NCBI GenBank assembly: GCA_051530055.1
Contig: CM121343.1
Location: forward strand, 4,558,389-4,622,388
From: Neoechinorhynchus agilis
Taxonomy: Eukaryota; Animalia; Acanthocephala
Direction of reading: 5' to 3'
Length of the DNA: 64,000 nt
Under the pieces are notes generated by a model, which did not search any database, was not told where the DNA came from, and worked only from the letters and a program-made list of their open reading frames with translations. This document shows positions 35,619-47,479 of the stretch, piece after piece (the first letter of the stretch is position 1; the number at the start of each line of letters is the position of its first letter). A program made the translations under genes and the position numbers.

Positions 35619-38600
35619 CAACTTTTCCTTTATCCTTACATATATAAAACAAATGAAAAATTTATTGGATCCAAGTAAACTACTGAGAAACCAATCATTG
35701 TTGTCGCTTTTATAAAAAATATGGACAATCAATAAACTCACAAAAGACTCCAATGAGCACCATCGATATTATGTAATTATAATTTTTTTCGAAATTTTTA
35801 AGAAATACAAAATGAAAAATAGTGTAAAGGTCCATTTTTAAGCTGCTCGATGCCAGTCAGAGGTGAAGCTAATAAAAAATCAGGATTGCAATACATTGTA
35901 TTTGAATACTTTTTTGGCAATATTAAGATGATGATGACGGGCTTGGAAAACACTCCTATATTAAATCTAAGCTTTGATAATTTCGGGCATAATTCGAAAC
36001 GAGAAACATCATTCGGAGTAATTTAAGTATCCAAAATAAAAAATAATATATAGAAATATTTATTTCTAAAGATCAAATACGTAAAAATTCCGCAAACTAA
36101 AACAATTATGATCTTTGTAGTTAGGGTTCAATATCTTTGAGACGGTAAGGGATGATTTTGTCAAAAGGCAAATAATTTATGTGAATATGCCACTTCTGAG
36201 AAGGCCAGCGAGCAGGTCGGAAATTCAAGTTAATAAATAAATTACAATTTTTCTTCGCCAAGTCCTACAATAAATGTGGAACTTATATTTAATATCTGAT
36301 GCCCAATAGTAAGTAATTTGTGAAACGAGCGTCTTACAACTGCTCTCAAGCAACATTGGTTTTTCATTACCATGTTTTGCGTTCCCGATGTTAAAGAATG
36401 TCTTTTTTTATCATTCTATATTTTCAGCTTCTCGTGTTCGTGGAGAAAGGTTATACACCTTGAGTCAGCGCATCGATGGTTGATTTACTCATCGTGAAAT
36501 TATTGTGTTGAGGGCGACGATGCAACAAGAAGAGCCGTACAATGACTCATTTAAAAAATATACACCAAGAAGTCTTACTAATCACCTCAAAAAACTGCAC
36601 ACGGAAAACTGCAGCCATACGGGGCGAAGCATTTGACAAATATCCATTCAATGCATTGAAAATATTTTGTGCACGTTCTATCTTTAGAGTAAGTTCAAGA
36701 ATGGTTTTAAAGCTTTTATACTCGTTCATTCACAGTCCAGGAATATTGTTCTTCTTTGTGTTCCCTAATATAAAGATGTGAGCATTTATTTCTTTAAAGA
36801 CGAGTAAAATACTAAAATAACTCGCTAGAAATTTCTATGGGATATAAGATATATAAAGGACATCTCAGCAAAGAACGATATGTGCCACATAATATAAATT
36901 TGTCATATTTCAGCAACTACCTCATCAATCAAAGAATATCATCACCGTAACGGTCGCATGCAACAACTGTTTGCCGCCGAAGATTCCCATTAGAAGCGAA
37001 TGCGTATGAAAAGTATTTCGGAAGGTCCTGAATTATTAAACTTTTCTCAAATAGTTGAGTAAAAGAGCTGTCAAAGTTTGTTAGACGTATTGCTTTTATC
37101 GACTGCATAAATCTCGAATTATTGGCGAATTTCTAGTGAATAATTGCATTTTTATCTGCATAATAACCATTTGCAACGCAGTAAATATTGTTCGTTAGCT
37201 CCTGACAACAGTATCGAGTGTTCAACAACATAGAACATTTGTTTGCCGACAGCGAATCTGCATTACAATTCTATGACCAGGTTTATATCCACTTTTATGG
37301 CTTTTTTGACCTGATGCGATCGATTATTCGTTTGCCATGTTCAACCATCGAGTCAAACCTAATAGCGCATGCTTCAGATTTTTATTAATGGCTAGAAACT
37401 AAAATCGGAGCATCCGCGACCACGAACTTCCCTTTGTTATTTATGACCTTTATTATTATGCATTTGGTTCGACAGCGAACTTACTCAAAAGATATACTCG
37501 TGCCCTATTCAAGGTGTCTCCTGTCACCACTGTTCAATGCCATGAAATGAGCATTCGGCAGGTATATTTTAGGATAAATGTCCCATTAGAGGCCTAAATC
37601 CTGGATCTGTGAATTCCACATCAGAAACATAACGTCTCAACGCACTATCGAATTAACTTTTCCAAGTCATTTTTTTCTCTTCTATAAACATTAAATACGT
37701 GCACTTACTGTTCTCATCCCGAAAACATCACTTAATTTATTTAGCTCTTCTAACGAGATCCTCCACCGTTTTCGTAAACCGATCATCTCAGCTCTGCGAC
37801 ATTTCACATCGACATAGTTCAGTAGTGTCGTAAGAAGCAAAAGTTTACTTAAAATTGTCTTTAAAATTTGTATTTACTTTTTCATTTTTAAGCCACAAAC
37901 CCGGGGCTGAAGTTTCAGATGGACCAATATTTGGAGTGAGATTTACATTCCTTTAGTGAAAAAGAAACCAGCTTATAGGCTTAAACTGAAATCTAATTCA
38001 TCCAAGGGTTTTTAGAGTGATAGCGAAGGGTGCTGGGCAAATATTCAGTAAATTTTTATCTCAAGGGTTAGGTAAAGCGCAAAAAAAGGAATCCATTGGG
38101 CACTTTACATGAAAAGGAGATTTTGTTAAGGATGATGTTGTTTTTGTATCTGTTAAGATCTTTCACTTCCCGAATAGCTTATCTCATTAAAAAGAAATGA
38201 ACAACGATTTCCTTTGAAGAGAAAATGTCAGTTTTATACCTAATAAAGTAGCTCTTGATTTCGCCTGGGATGTTTTGAATGTCTACATTTACGATTTCAA
38301 TAGGCATGAAGGTAACGTGGAGTGATGTAGTTTCCAGATTGATTTAATCATAAAAGTCATCTACACTTGCATGTTTTTAGTCTACGGCATAAGACATGTT
38401 TTGAGATCGTGGAAAACGGAGTGGATGTGCTTGCCTAGGGTTTACCCCTCCCCCCTCCAAGAAAGTCAACAAATTGACACCTTGGGTGGTTGTGCGGGCG
38501 GGCGGGCGGCTTTACATATATAAAATTCCGGTTCCACATTTTGGAGTGCTGTCATCGTCATCTCAAAATCCATTTTGACAGTTAAGTGGCGGCGGCGGCG

Positions 38601-40209
38601 GCGGTGGCGGGAGAAAATGGCTGCGATGGGGTAGACAAAGTAGGTTTTTGGTAACAGCGTAGCAGCGGGAAAAGATGCGACATCCGATTCATGCACTGGG
38701 GATAAGATGTGTTCGGGTTTCTTCGTTGGTGCATTTCTGAGAACTTCATTTTTGTTGGTGCGTGTCTTGGTAAATGGCGTTAATAGTTTCGACACATCAG
38801 ACAAATGTTAAACGAATTGACAGACAACAGAGAAGACCCTGTGTGTGTGTAATGTTGATTTGATTACGGCTTCTCCATATTCCATCTTCGCGACGTAGTG
38901 CTTATCCGAGTCGGTTCCTTTCTCTTTCTAAAAACGAATTTGGTTTTTATTACACGCACAGGACATGCCACACTCAGAAGGATAAGAGCTGTCTTATTCT
39001 AGGGTGGTGGATCCATCACGAGGAGTGCTGAGAAGCGTGCCGCCGGGTGTAGCTCTAGTCACACGCGGAGAGAGGAGGGTAATTATGGGAAATTAGGTTT
39101 CGTTAATAGACCACCGCGAAGCAGAAAAGTCAGCGCTCCTTACACCTGTCGTCCGCCGCCGCCACGACTGGCCGGATCGAGATGGAACAACACTTTTTTA
39201 GACGACCAAATATTTTCATCTTTGTCTTTTCTACAGCAGCCAGTTCATTAGAGAAGGCCACTGTCTTCTCTCAGGCCGGGAAAGCAGCTTTACTTCCAGC
39301 TGGCACCGCCATCATCATCAACAACAACAACAACAACAATAACAGCAGCAGCAGCAGCAGCAGCCAATCAGAACGCAAGAGCGCGGGTGCGCCGCACAAA
39401 GACGTACACGCAGCACAAGCGGGTTGAGAAGTGGAAACACAACACGGATACAAGAAGTCTAACGAAAGCAACAGATAGGTTAGTTGTTAACACGGCACTT
39501 ACGTAATGGGAGAACGCGGAGTTTCCTCATTTTCATGACGCATTTGGGCCCCGGTTCTGCTGCCGTCGCGTGTCTCCTCTCAGAACTGCGGCGGCGGCGG
39601 TGGCGGTGGCGGCGGCGGCGGTGGTGGTGGTAGTGGTGGTGGCTCGCATCCGCCACGGCAGCAGCAGCAGCAACAGCACTCGTCGGTGTGTGCCAGGGCG
39701 TAAGCTGGATCGAGGGTTCGCGCTTGCACACACGCGCAGAAACGGTTATCTTTTCGCATGTTAAAACTTTTAAACTTCTCCTTCTCCTCCTCTAACGGAG
39801 ATTGGTGTGCCTTCAAACCTTTTTTGCTCAGGTGCCACCACACTACGTAAACACATCTATATATATATATGCCAATTACCATCAACATCACCAACACTAG
39901 ATCACCGACGACGACGACGAAGACGAAGACGCCGCCGCCACCCAGCCAACTTGCGCCTCGGCCAGCATCCAAACAACAGTCCTTATTGTTAAGCCGCATC
40001 CTAACCAAGAACCACCACTACTTCTACTGCACTGCTGCTATTCTACGGCACCGTTGCCAAAACAACACTTACAAGCGGCCGAACCAATAAGGCTCCTTCT
40101 GCACTACTGAGTCGCCTATCTACGCTGAACAAACGGGACAAAAAAGTATAAGATCCATTTTTCGCAATTGTTTTTGCGTGGTGTTTTTGAACGAAAATGA
40201 GGACAAGAT

Positions 40210-41889
40210 ATGGTCGGATGGTGCTCGCCATTATGCCAACGCCACAGACAGCAACGACCCTTCTCATGCAGGAACAGCAGAAGGCACAGCGATCTAGAAC
40301 ACTGCCCTTCGTCGTGTGTTTATTATAATCTTGAGCTTTGCCGCGCTCGCTGCTTTTGCCACCGCCAACAACAACAACCAACTTCATCACCAACCAGGCA
40401 AACCCAACCGTTATACTTCTACGATCAACAACAACAACACCGATTTTTACTCGGTGCATTTCGACATCAACATCTTGGTCATCGCTGTTGTTGTCTTTGT
40501 CAACAAGAGCGGCAAACAAGTCTCGGTCACAGGTCGTCCACACTTATTGCTCACACTTACAACCGAAGCGTGAAAGCAGAAGTAACAGCGCTTACAGTCG
40601 GAGGAGGAGCAAAAAGAGGGGGACGGACGCCATTATTTCCTTTTCTTGTGCTCCTTTTGTCAACTGTTGCAGCAAAGACGATGGCGACTGTCACAGAGTT
40701 CACAGAAACTAACACACTCTCCGCCGCACTCACTGCCGCTAATGGCAGCAAACTCATCATTAACCCATTACCACCACCACCACCACCACCTCCTCCACCA
40801 ATCGTGGAAAATCACAAACGGTTGCACGCAAAAGAGCATAGTCCCAACGAGAAGTATGGATCCTGCGACTATTTGACATGGGGAGATCTTAGGAACAATA
40901 ACGTCACTACTTTGCCAAATATTAGTTCATTGTACCTCAAATACGTGGACAATGAAATCCATAGAATTTATAAGGACTTTCTTTGCGTCATCAATCGAAC
41001 TAGTTGTGTCAAAGCCCCTAATGTCGGAACTCTCGACGCTTATTCAGTATCAACTGAATGTAAAGCTTGCATGGTTTGTATAGCAAAACCATCTTGGCCT
41101 TTTCATCTTTCATATCCTTCGAAGAGATCGTATCGGAACTGGCTGTACACGTCTGAGCTTTATGACGCTACGACGATTAGGATGAACAAAACTAACAGGA
41201 ACACTACATTACTGCTCATTATGAAAATATTTGATTTGACTGAAAACAAAATGGAACAAGTTGAGAGCATATTTGATGAACTAAGCACAAACATTAGGCA
41301 CTTTCCGCGATGTACTTGCTTCTGCCATCTTGCAGCACGATCGTGTCCGTCGTTGCAACCAAGCGATCCACACTCAGGACAACCACTATTCATTTGCCCG
41401 AGTAAGTACTTTAAATCTCCAATAACCTTATTTCTAAACCAGTTTAACTTTCTGCCTCTCGTTATGTCCATTGTAGTCACTGCTGATGGCAACAGCGAGT
41501 CCGATCAACAAATGCAAGGAAATAGAAATGATCGAAACAGCTTTCACCACCACCAGCAGCAGCAGCAACAACAACAACAGATACGTTCCACGCTTAAATT
41601 GGGCGAAACAACAACTAATTCTGAGTGTTTAATGAAATGCGATTACGTCGAAACTTTGATAAAGCAAGACATGTCAGCCGATCGTGAAGGTAAAAAGCGC
41701 CGGATGGTTACTAGGAGAAGAAGGAGTAAATGTGATGACCATCCACTATCACCTTCAACAAAAAATCCAATCGCCGCAATAGCAATTACGATCGCACTTG
41801 CAGCTCTTGTATGTTGCGGTCAGGTACAGCGATTTCGCTTGCACAGAAAAAGACATAGACGGCGTCTTTGTAAAAATCGGCCACAATAA
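40210..41889 (+). CDS. Orphan Cys-rich, probably type I membrane protein; true start uncertain
   Basis: 1.68-kb open frame; hydrophobic LFPFLVLLLSTVAA, Cys-rich middle with several N-glycosylation sequons, C-terminal TM (IAAIAITIALAALVCC) followed by a basic cluster. The 5' third is trinucleotide-repeat DNA. Confidence 0.55.
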   Translation: MVGWCSPLCQRHRQQRPFSCRNSRRHSDLEHCPSSCVYYNLELCRARCFCHRQQQQPTSSPTRQTQPLYFYDQQQQHRFLLGAFRHQHLGHRCCCLCQQERQTSLGHRSSTLIAHTYNRSVKAEVTALTVGGGAKRGGRTPLFPFLVLLLSTVAAKTMATVTEFTETNTLSAALTAANGSKLIINPLPPPPPPPPPPIVENHKRLHAKEHSPNEKYGSCDYLTWGDLRNNNVTTLPNISSLYLKYVDNEIHRIYKDFLCVINRTSCVKAPNVGTLDAYSVSTECKACMVCIAKPSWPFHLSYPSKRSYRNWLYTSELYDATTIRMNKTNRNTTLLLIMKIFDLTENKMEQVESIFDELSTNIRHFPRCTCFCHLAARSCPSLQPSDPHSGQPLFICPSKYFKSPITLFLNQFNFLPLVMSIVVTADGNSESDQQMQGNRNDRNSFHHHQQQQQQQQQIRSTLKLGETTTNSECLMKCDYVETLIKQDMSADREGKKRRMVTRRRRSKCDDHPLSPSTKNPIAAIAITIALAALVCCGQVQRFRLHRKRHRRRLCKNRPQ

Positions 41890-42202
41890 CTACTCAATAT
41901 GGCTTCTACAATCACAGATATACTCAAACCAGGCAATTGAATACTCACTAACTCCACATTCATGCACACTCACGAACAAAAATGCTGTACTCAACTTTTC
42001 TCCTTTTTATATTTAAACAAAGCACGTTTTCAACATTTCTCTGGCGGGACCGATGATGCTCTGTGCAATTATTCGTATTGAGCCGGACAAATATATAGCA
42101 GCTTATAATTCTGACCCATATTTCCAGAGTATTGTCTTATTAATATCATCGAGATCTTTTCAGACCGTTAAAAAATTCTGATCTTTTTACGAGATTATCG
42201 TT

Positions 42203-42753
42203 CATTGCATCTTGCTTGAAACGGATTATCTCCATTTTAAGTACATTAAAGTCTATTAAATAAAAGGTAAATAGTTTTAAGTTTACTGGCGTATATTTCC
42301 TGATACTTTACCGAATAAAGCATTGTCCACATAAAGGACGTGTAAAGCACCTTATAGATCGACGACAAAGACCTTTCGAAGAATTATCGAACGGAACCAA
42401 CACCAAAAACACCACAAAAACAAACACCAAACACACAACCCAAATTATCGAACGAAATGGGTGTTTTATTTGTTTATTGCTTCAAATTTTCGACGCCTTG
42501 CGTCTTCGTCAGGAAGCTTTTCTTCGGTTGTCTGAAAAGGAATCAGAGGAGGGCAACGCTGTCCGTCAGCTCCATTGCTTCTTGCTTGAAACGGATTATC
42601 TCCATTTTAAGTACATTAAAGTCTATTAAATAAAAGGTAAATAGTTTTAAGTTTACTGGCGTATATTTCCTGATACTTTACCGAATAAAGCATTGTCCAC
42701 ATAAAGGACGTGTAAAGCACCTTATAGATCGACGACAAAGACCTTTCGAAGAA
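42203..42753. repeat. 181-bp direct duplication flanking a 189-bp insert
   Basis: 42203-42383 equals 42573-42753 apart from one base; unique spacer 42384-42572. Confidence 0.95.
42479..42517 (-). ncRNA. Minimal type I hammerhead ribozyme, apparently intact
   Basis: GCTTC-CTGACGA-A-GACGC(AAG)GCGTC-GAAA-AT-TT-GAAGC then AATAAA: 5-bp helix I, 5-bp helix II, palindromic AAUU helix III. Confidence 0.8.
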
Positions 42754-43756
42754 GTAATTTTGTGAAATGTAAACAAAATTCTATTCTAAGCGCTTAAATT
42801 TTGTTTTAATGAATAAAAGTTTTGACTTTAAGTAAAAGATTCCAGGCTATTCTATTGATTAATTCTTATAGAAGAGTAATTAACGGTTCTTTTATTTTGA
42901 AAAATAATCGAGAAAACCCTCAACAATCCAGCCACTAAATGTCGCATGGAGTAAAATTTAGACCAGTATCAAAAATTGTGCTTTGAAAAATGGGGAATCG
43001 TTTGTTAAGCGAACAATTTCTTATAAGAAAGCCAATAAAAATCTATTGGATATTTGTTGAAGAAGCGAAGTGATTGAATCATTTTTGTTAAATTTAAAAT
43101 ATTCGATGAAGGACGATGTCAAAGATGAAAATTCTAAGCCGTTTTCGATTTAAAGGATAATTGTCGGCGGCATTTATTGGTCGCGTGTGTAAATTTAATA
43201 TTTAGCACGTACGTTTAAGCCGAGGGTCACTAAAATTCGAAATTGTTTTTGTGTTAATAAGATGATTGATTAAATTAATTCAATGCAAATTACACTGACC
43301 AAACCCAACAAAAAAAGACTTAGTTTTATGCGATGGGTACAAAGCACGATAAATCGATCTCCAAGGAAGATGAGAACAAGCATTTAAATTTCAATTCTTA
43401 TGCTAATTGACAACCGGCCATTTATAATTTAGAAAGAAAATGTATATCTTTGTTAGAAGACATAAAAGCGGTCAGTTAAGGAAGAAGCAGTTTAAATAAG
43501 AGGTTGAGCTCTAATATAGACTTAGAAGCTGTAAAAACACAGCAGTCAAATGGCGACAAAGTGTGAGATCAGGTACAGTTTTGTGGTGAAGAACGTAACC
43601 TTTGATTTAAAAACTCATAGATGATGCTGCTAACTCGTTGTCCAGCATTTACAATAACAAAAACACGTCTACAACCATTCAGCTCACAAATGAGAATAAG
43701 AACTCTTCATAAAAAACACAAATTTCATATCGGATAACCTCGTAGCAAATTTAGAT

Positions 43757-45853
43757 CTATTCGGATTCCATTATTTCATCGACGTGTTCCGAATAACCTC
43801 CTCGAGTAAGTTCCCTGTGCATTCGCATTTCATCCTCTAGCATTTTTCTATAAGATCGTCCTCCACTGGGAGGCTTTGGTTCAGCCGGTAAGGTATCATT
43901 TTCTTCGTCGTTTTTCGTTCTGAATACATCGTCTTTCTGTAGTTCGTTCGCATTACGAAGAAGTTCAGATCGCGCTGGCCATGAAGGAAATACACTCGGA
44001 TCCAAAGGTAAAGGCGATTCCGTGAAAAACTCGTGTGACAGCGCTTTCGTCGCATCCATACGTCGAATTGGATCATATGTCAGGAGTCGATTGATCAAGC
44101 TAAACCCCGCGTCGCTTAGCTTTCTTGGCAAACGCGATCGAAGTGTATTGTATTTGTATTCGGCAAATTGGAACTTCTTTACAACGGGAAGCTTATTGAA
44201 CCCCGGCCATATACGCTCACTTGGTGTTCCGAGATCCTTGAAGATCAAGTTTACTTGATCAATTTCAGATTTTCCTGGAAAGAGTGGTTTGCTCAGTAAA
44301 AGCTCACCAAAAATGCATCCAACGCTCCACATATCGACGGCTGTGGAATATTTGCGAGCGCCGAGTAAAAGCTCTGGGGAGCGGTACCATAAAGTTACTA
44401 CAATCGGTGTATATTCTTGAAGCGGTGATCCATATTCGCGGGCTAACCCGAAATCACCAATTTTTAAAATTCCTTTGTGACTTAGAAGAAGATTTGAAGT
44501 CTTTAGGTCTCGATGTATAATCCAATTATCATGAAGATGGCGAACGCCCTCTAAAAGCTGACGTAAAAGAGTTTTAACCTCTGCCATTCCAAAGGCCCTC
44601 TTCATGCTATAATTCATTAAACTTCTAAGATCATGCTGTTCCATAGGGTTTTCAATCGATGTTCATAACACGGAAAGATATAAAAATATATGGGTATAAA
44701 AACAAACATTAATCCGTTCAAAACGAATGGGCATTAGAGATTAAAAAAGCATAATATTAAAAATAAATGACCATTCGATTTTAAAGGCTTATAATTATAT
44801 CCTTTTGTTATCCTGAATTATTATCTTCGGGGGAAAAGACTTTCTTTTGGTAGTTTTGCTATGTCGAAATTATCCGATAGGTGAATATCGGGGAAATAGA
44901 TTAGTGAATTTAAATTCGGGGTGGCAAAACTACCAAAAGAAAATAAATCCTTTTGTATAGGTCGTTCAATCCACATTCTACACATCATTTAGAACATCTC
45001 TTCCTTGGTTTTTAGTTTTCCCTCTTGGCATGAAGCCAACCGGCTTGCGAGGTTAAAACATTTAAGTATTCTGTATTCAAAAGAAATTGTGTATTTAGGG
45101 AGAGATAAATCCACCTAAGGACAATTTCATGGTGGTACTGAGAAGTTTTGTGCAAATAAGAGGCACTCAGTGCGTAATTGTAACTGAATGGTGATCATTG
45201 AAGATTACAAGTTTAGATAAAATGTAAGATAAATAATTTCTCCCTCTTTTTTAGTATTATTATTATTTTGAAAGTGACTCAACGATTGATAGCCCTGATC
45301 TACGTAATCCATTACAATGTAAATCTTGTCCATGTTGCTTCCAACCACGATTTCCGTAACCGTAACGACATTTTCATGTTGTGCTTTCATAAGAGTATTA
45401 ATCTCCCTCAAGGAGGTAACCGGAAATCCTTCTCTCTCCCTTTCCATTTTCAACATCTTCAATGCAACAATTTTACCTAAAAGCCGGAAATGAGTGTGCA
45501 TTCAAGTATTGATTTCAAAAACCTGATTTCTTATCTCTTGCTCTGTATACTACACCATACGTCCCCTCTTCGATCCGGTTAATACAAGAGTATTCCTCGA
45601 CACTTCGACAACCCTGTAACGCCGGATAGTAGACGACATTAGTCGACTGAGTGGTAGGGTTCTTTTCAAATGAATTTGAACAGTAAGCTTCAGGCAGTGT
45701 CATAAACGGAGCTGGTTCTGATTTGACTTCAAGTTCTTGTAAACGCTTTTGTTTACTAGGATTGTGAGAATGGACGCTGGAAACAAGATCATCTTGCTCA
45801 CTACTGGCACGTTTGAGTTTACCTTCCACTTCTAAAAAAGATGGAGTATTCAA
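43757..45853 (-). CDS. CDK11: Cyclin-dependent kinase 11 (PITSLRE family), multi-exon
   Basis: [101 protein letters not shown]. Start and the junction across 44636-45303 uncertain. Confidence 0.95.
44841..44942. mobile_element. Short MITE-like element with 19-bp TIRs in the CDK11 long intron
   Basis: TTTCTTTTGGTAGTTTTGC ... GCAAAACTACCAAAAGAAA; interior homologous to 8146-8215 and 30447-30573. Confidence 0.75.
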
Positions 45854-45996
45854 AACTTTCTAAAAAGAAACCCAAATGGCAAAAGCTTCGTGTGTAAAGG
45901 ATTCAATAAAATCAAATTTTCTGCGAATATCACAATTTCGCAAAAACAAAAGGTTACGCTAATCAATGTAAGAAATCTTTGACGGATATCGATACC

Positions 45997-46241
45997 TTTT
46001 ACTCACAATTACAATACTCGCGTCGCCCCAACAACTTCCATTCTTCAGTTCCTCGCACAAATCTCTACCTCCGGTTTTTTCCCCACTGTTCAATCCTACG
46101 AAAGAGCGGAAAACAACAACTAACATTTTTTTACCAACCAAAAACAAATTCACCAACCATAGTCAACTTAAGTAAAAATTCTTCGAATTCGAGGGACCAA
46201 AAGATACATGGGTCCTTTTCTTTGTTAACTAACAAATAAAC
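45997..46241 (+). mobile_element. LINE-like 3' end, apparently identical inverted copy of 60859-61103
   Basis: 245-bp match; encodes HNYNTR and PRTNLY..FFP (LINE ORF2 C-terminal-like, frameshifted), then a GGACC/GGTCC hairpin and AATAAA. Confidence 0.7.
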
Positions 46242-46314
46242 ACGTTATATACATAGGATATAGTCCGTTATCATTAAATAAAAGACCTCAGCATCTACGA
46301 TTGCATTTTTCTTT

Positions 46315-46494
46315 TGTTCTTCGGTGAGATGAAAAGAATAGATATTGATTTATTATTGATCTCAATATTTCGTCGGACTTCTTCAACAGGTTGCTTGTGT
46401 TTTCAAATATGTGCGCAACCTGCTGAAGAAGTCCGACGAAATATTGAGATCAATAATAAATCAATATCTATTCTTTTCATCTCACCAAAGAACA
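46315..46494. mobile_element. Foldback element (80-bp arms) with collapsed hammerhead-like core
   Basis: 46315-46394 complementary to 46415-46494 with 2 mismatches; right arm CTGAAGAAGTCCGACGAAATATT. Confidence 0.9.
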
Positions 46495-47207
46495 CATAAA
46501 TGAACTTCTTTTTTATACGACTTTTCCATTTGCTGGGAAATATAATGATCTACAAACAAAATCTTAAGCGCTTTCTAAGAAATTATCTGAGATTAAAAAT
46601 CCGAATCATTGATATGACGACGACAAATTGGTACACGAAGGTAATAGAATGCGCGGACGCGTGCAACCAATCGTCATTGGTAACAACTATAAACACGCAT
46701 TTCCGACGAAGGCGCAATCTGAAAGAATCGTCAAATGCGATTTCGTGATTTTCCATTGTTGCTTTATCGTGCTTTGTATAGGGAAATGATTAATGAAATT
46801 TGAAGGTACGAAATCGAATTACGCGAAACAATTTACAAAGTTCCAATCAATTCAGAATTTTGAAATCGGTAAAATGCGTTGATCTACGCCCAAAATTCTA
46901 AACGAAAGAGGGTTTCCCTTTCCTGATTTCCCCTACATTATAATCAGAAGGGTCTTTTTCTCTATAAAATGTAATATTGATTTTTAATCGATCATCGAAC
47001 CGCTGACAAATGATTTCTTTTATCCATAGTGCATTTAGGAGAATTAGTTTTGACTAAATTTCAGTTCATTTATTGATTTTTAGTCGATGGCACCAATGTA
47101 CGCAGTAATCCGTATAAACTAACCTTTAAGCCTTTTTCAAAGATCGGACGCAACTTTATTAGCTAACTGATTGCTTCTTACTTATTTCGATGAAAATTAG
47201 AATGAAA

Positions 47208-47408
47208 ATGTCGACATGTGAAAGGAGGCACCGGCGGGAATGTGATTGGAATTATTATGGTTAGAAGTCTACGCCCGCGGTAAATGATTATTTCGATTAA
47301 AAAGACGTTCTGTGAACCTCGTTGATGATCCCGACGAGGTTCGCAGAACGTCTTTAATCGAAATAATTATTTACCGCGGGCGTAGACTTCTAACCATAAT
47401 AATTCCAA
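47208..47408. mobile_element. Foldback element (~76-bp arms), second family; partial copy at 49317-49555
   Basis: 47246-47322 complementary to 47334-47408; centre TGATGATCCCGACGAGGTTCGCAGAACGTCTTTAAT resembles the 11.3-kb array unit. Confidence 0.9.
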
Positions 47409-47479
47409 AATTAGAATGTTTGCATCTGGTTTAAAAATTAAGAATTTATTGATTCCAATTGTTTTTGGCACAATCTCGT

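Noticed and set aside
36400-38450. Degraded gene between the Patched-domain gene and the microsatellite island
   Set aside because: Only short broken frames with no recognisable motif on either strand.
39480-40090. Overlapping His/Arg/Ala/Thr-rich ORFs on both strands
   Set aside because: Explained by stop-free trinucleotide repeats; no unique domain.
46190-46241. Helitron 3' end (hairpin plus CTAA)
   Set aside because: No T after CTRR, no 5' TC end, and the upstream sequence looks like LINE ORF2.
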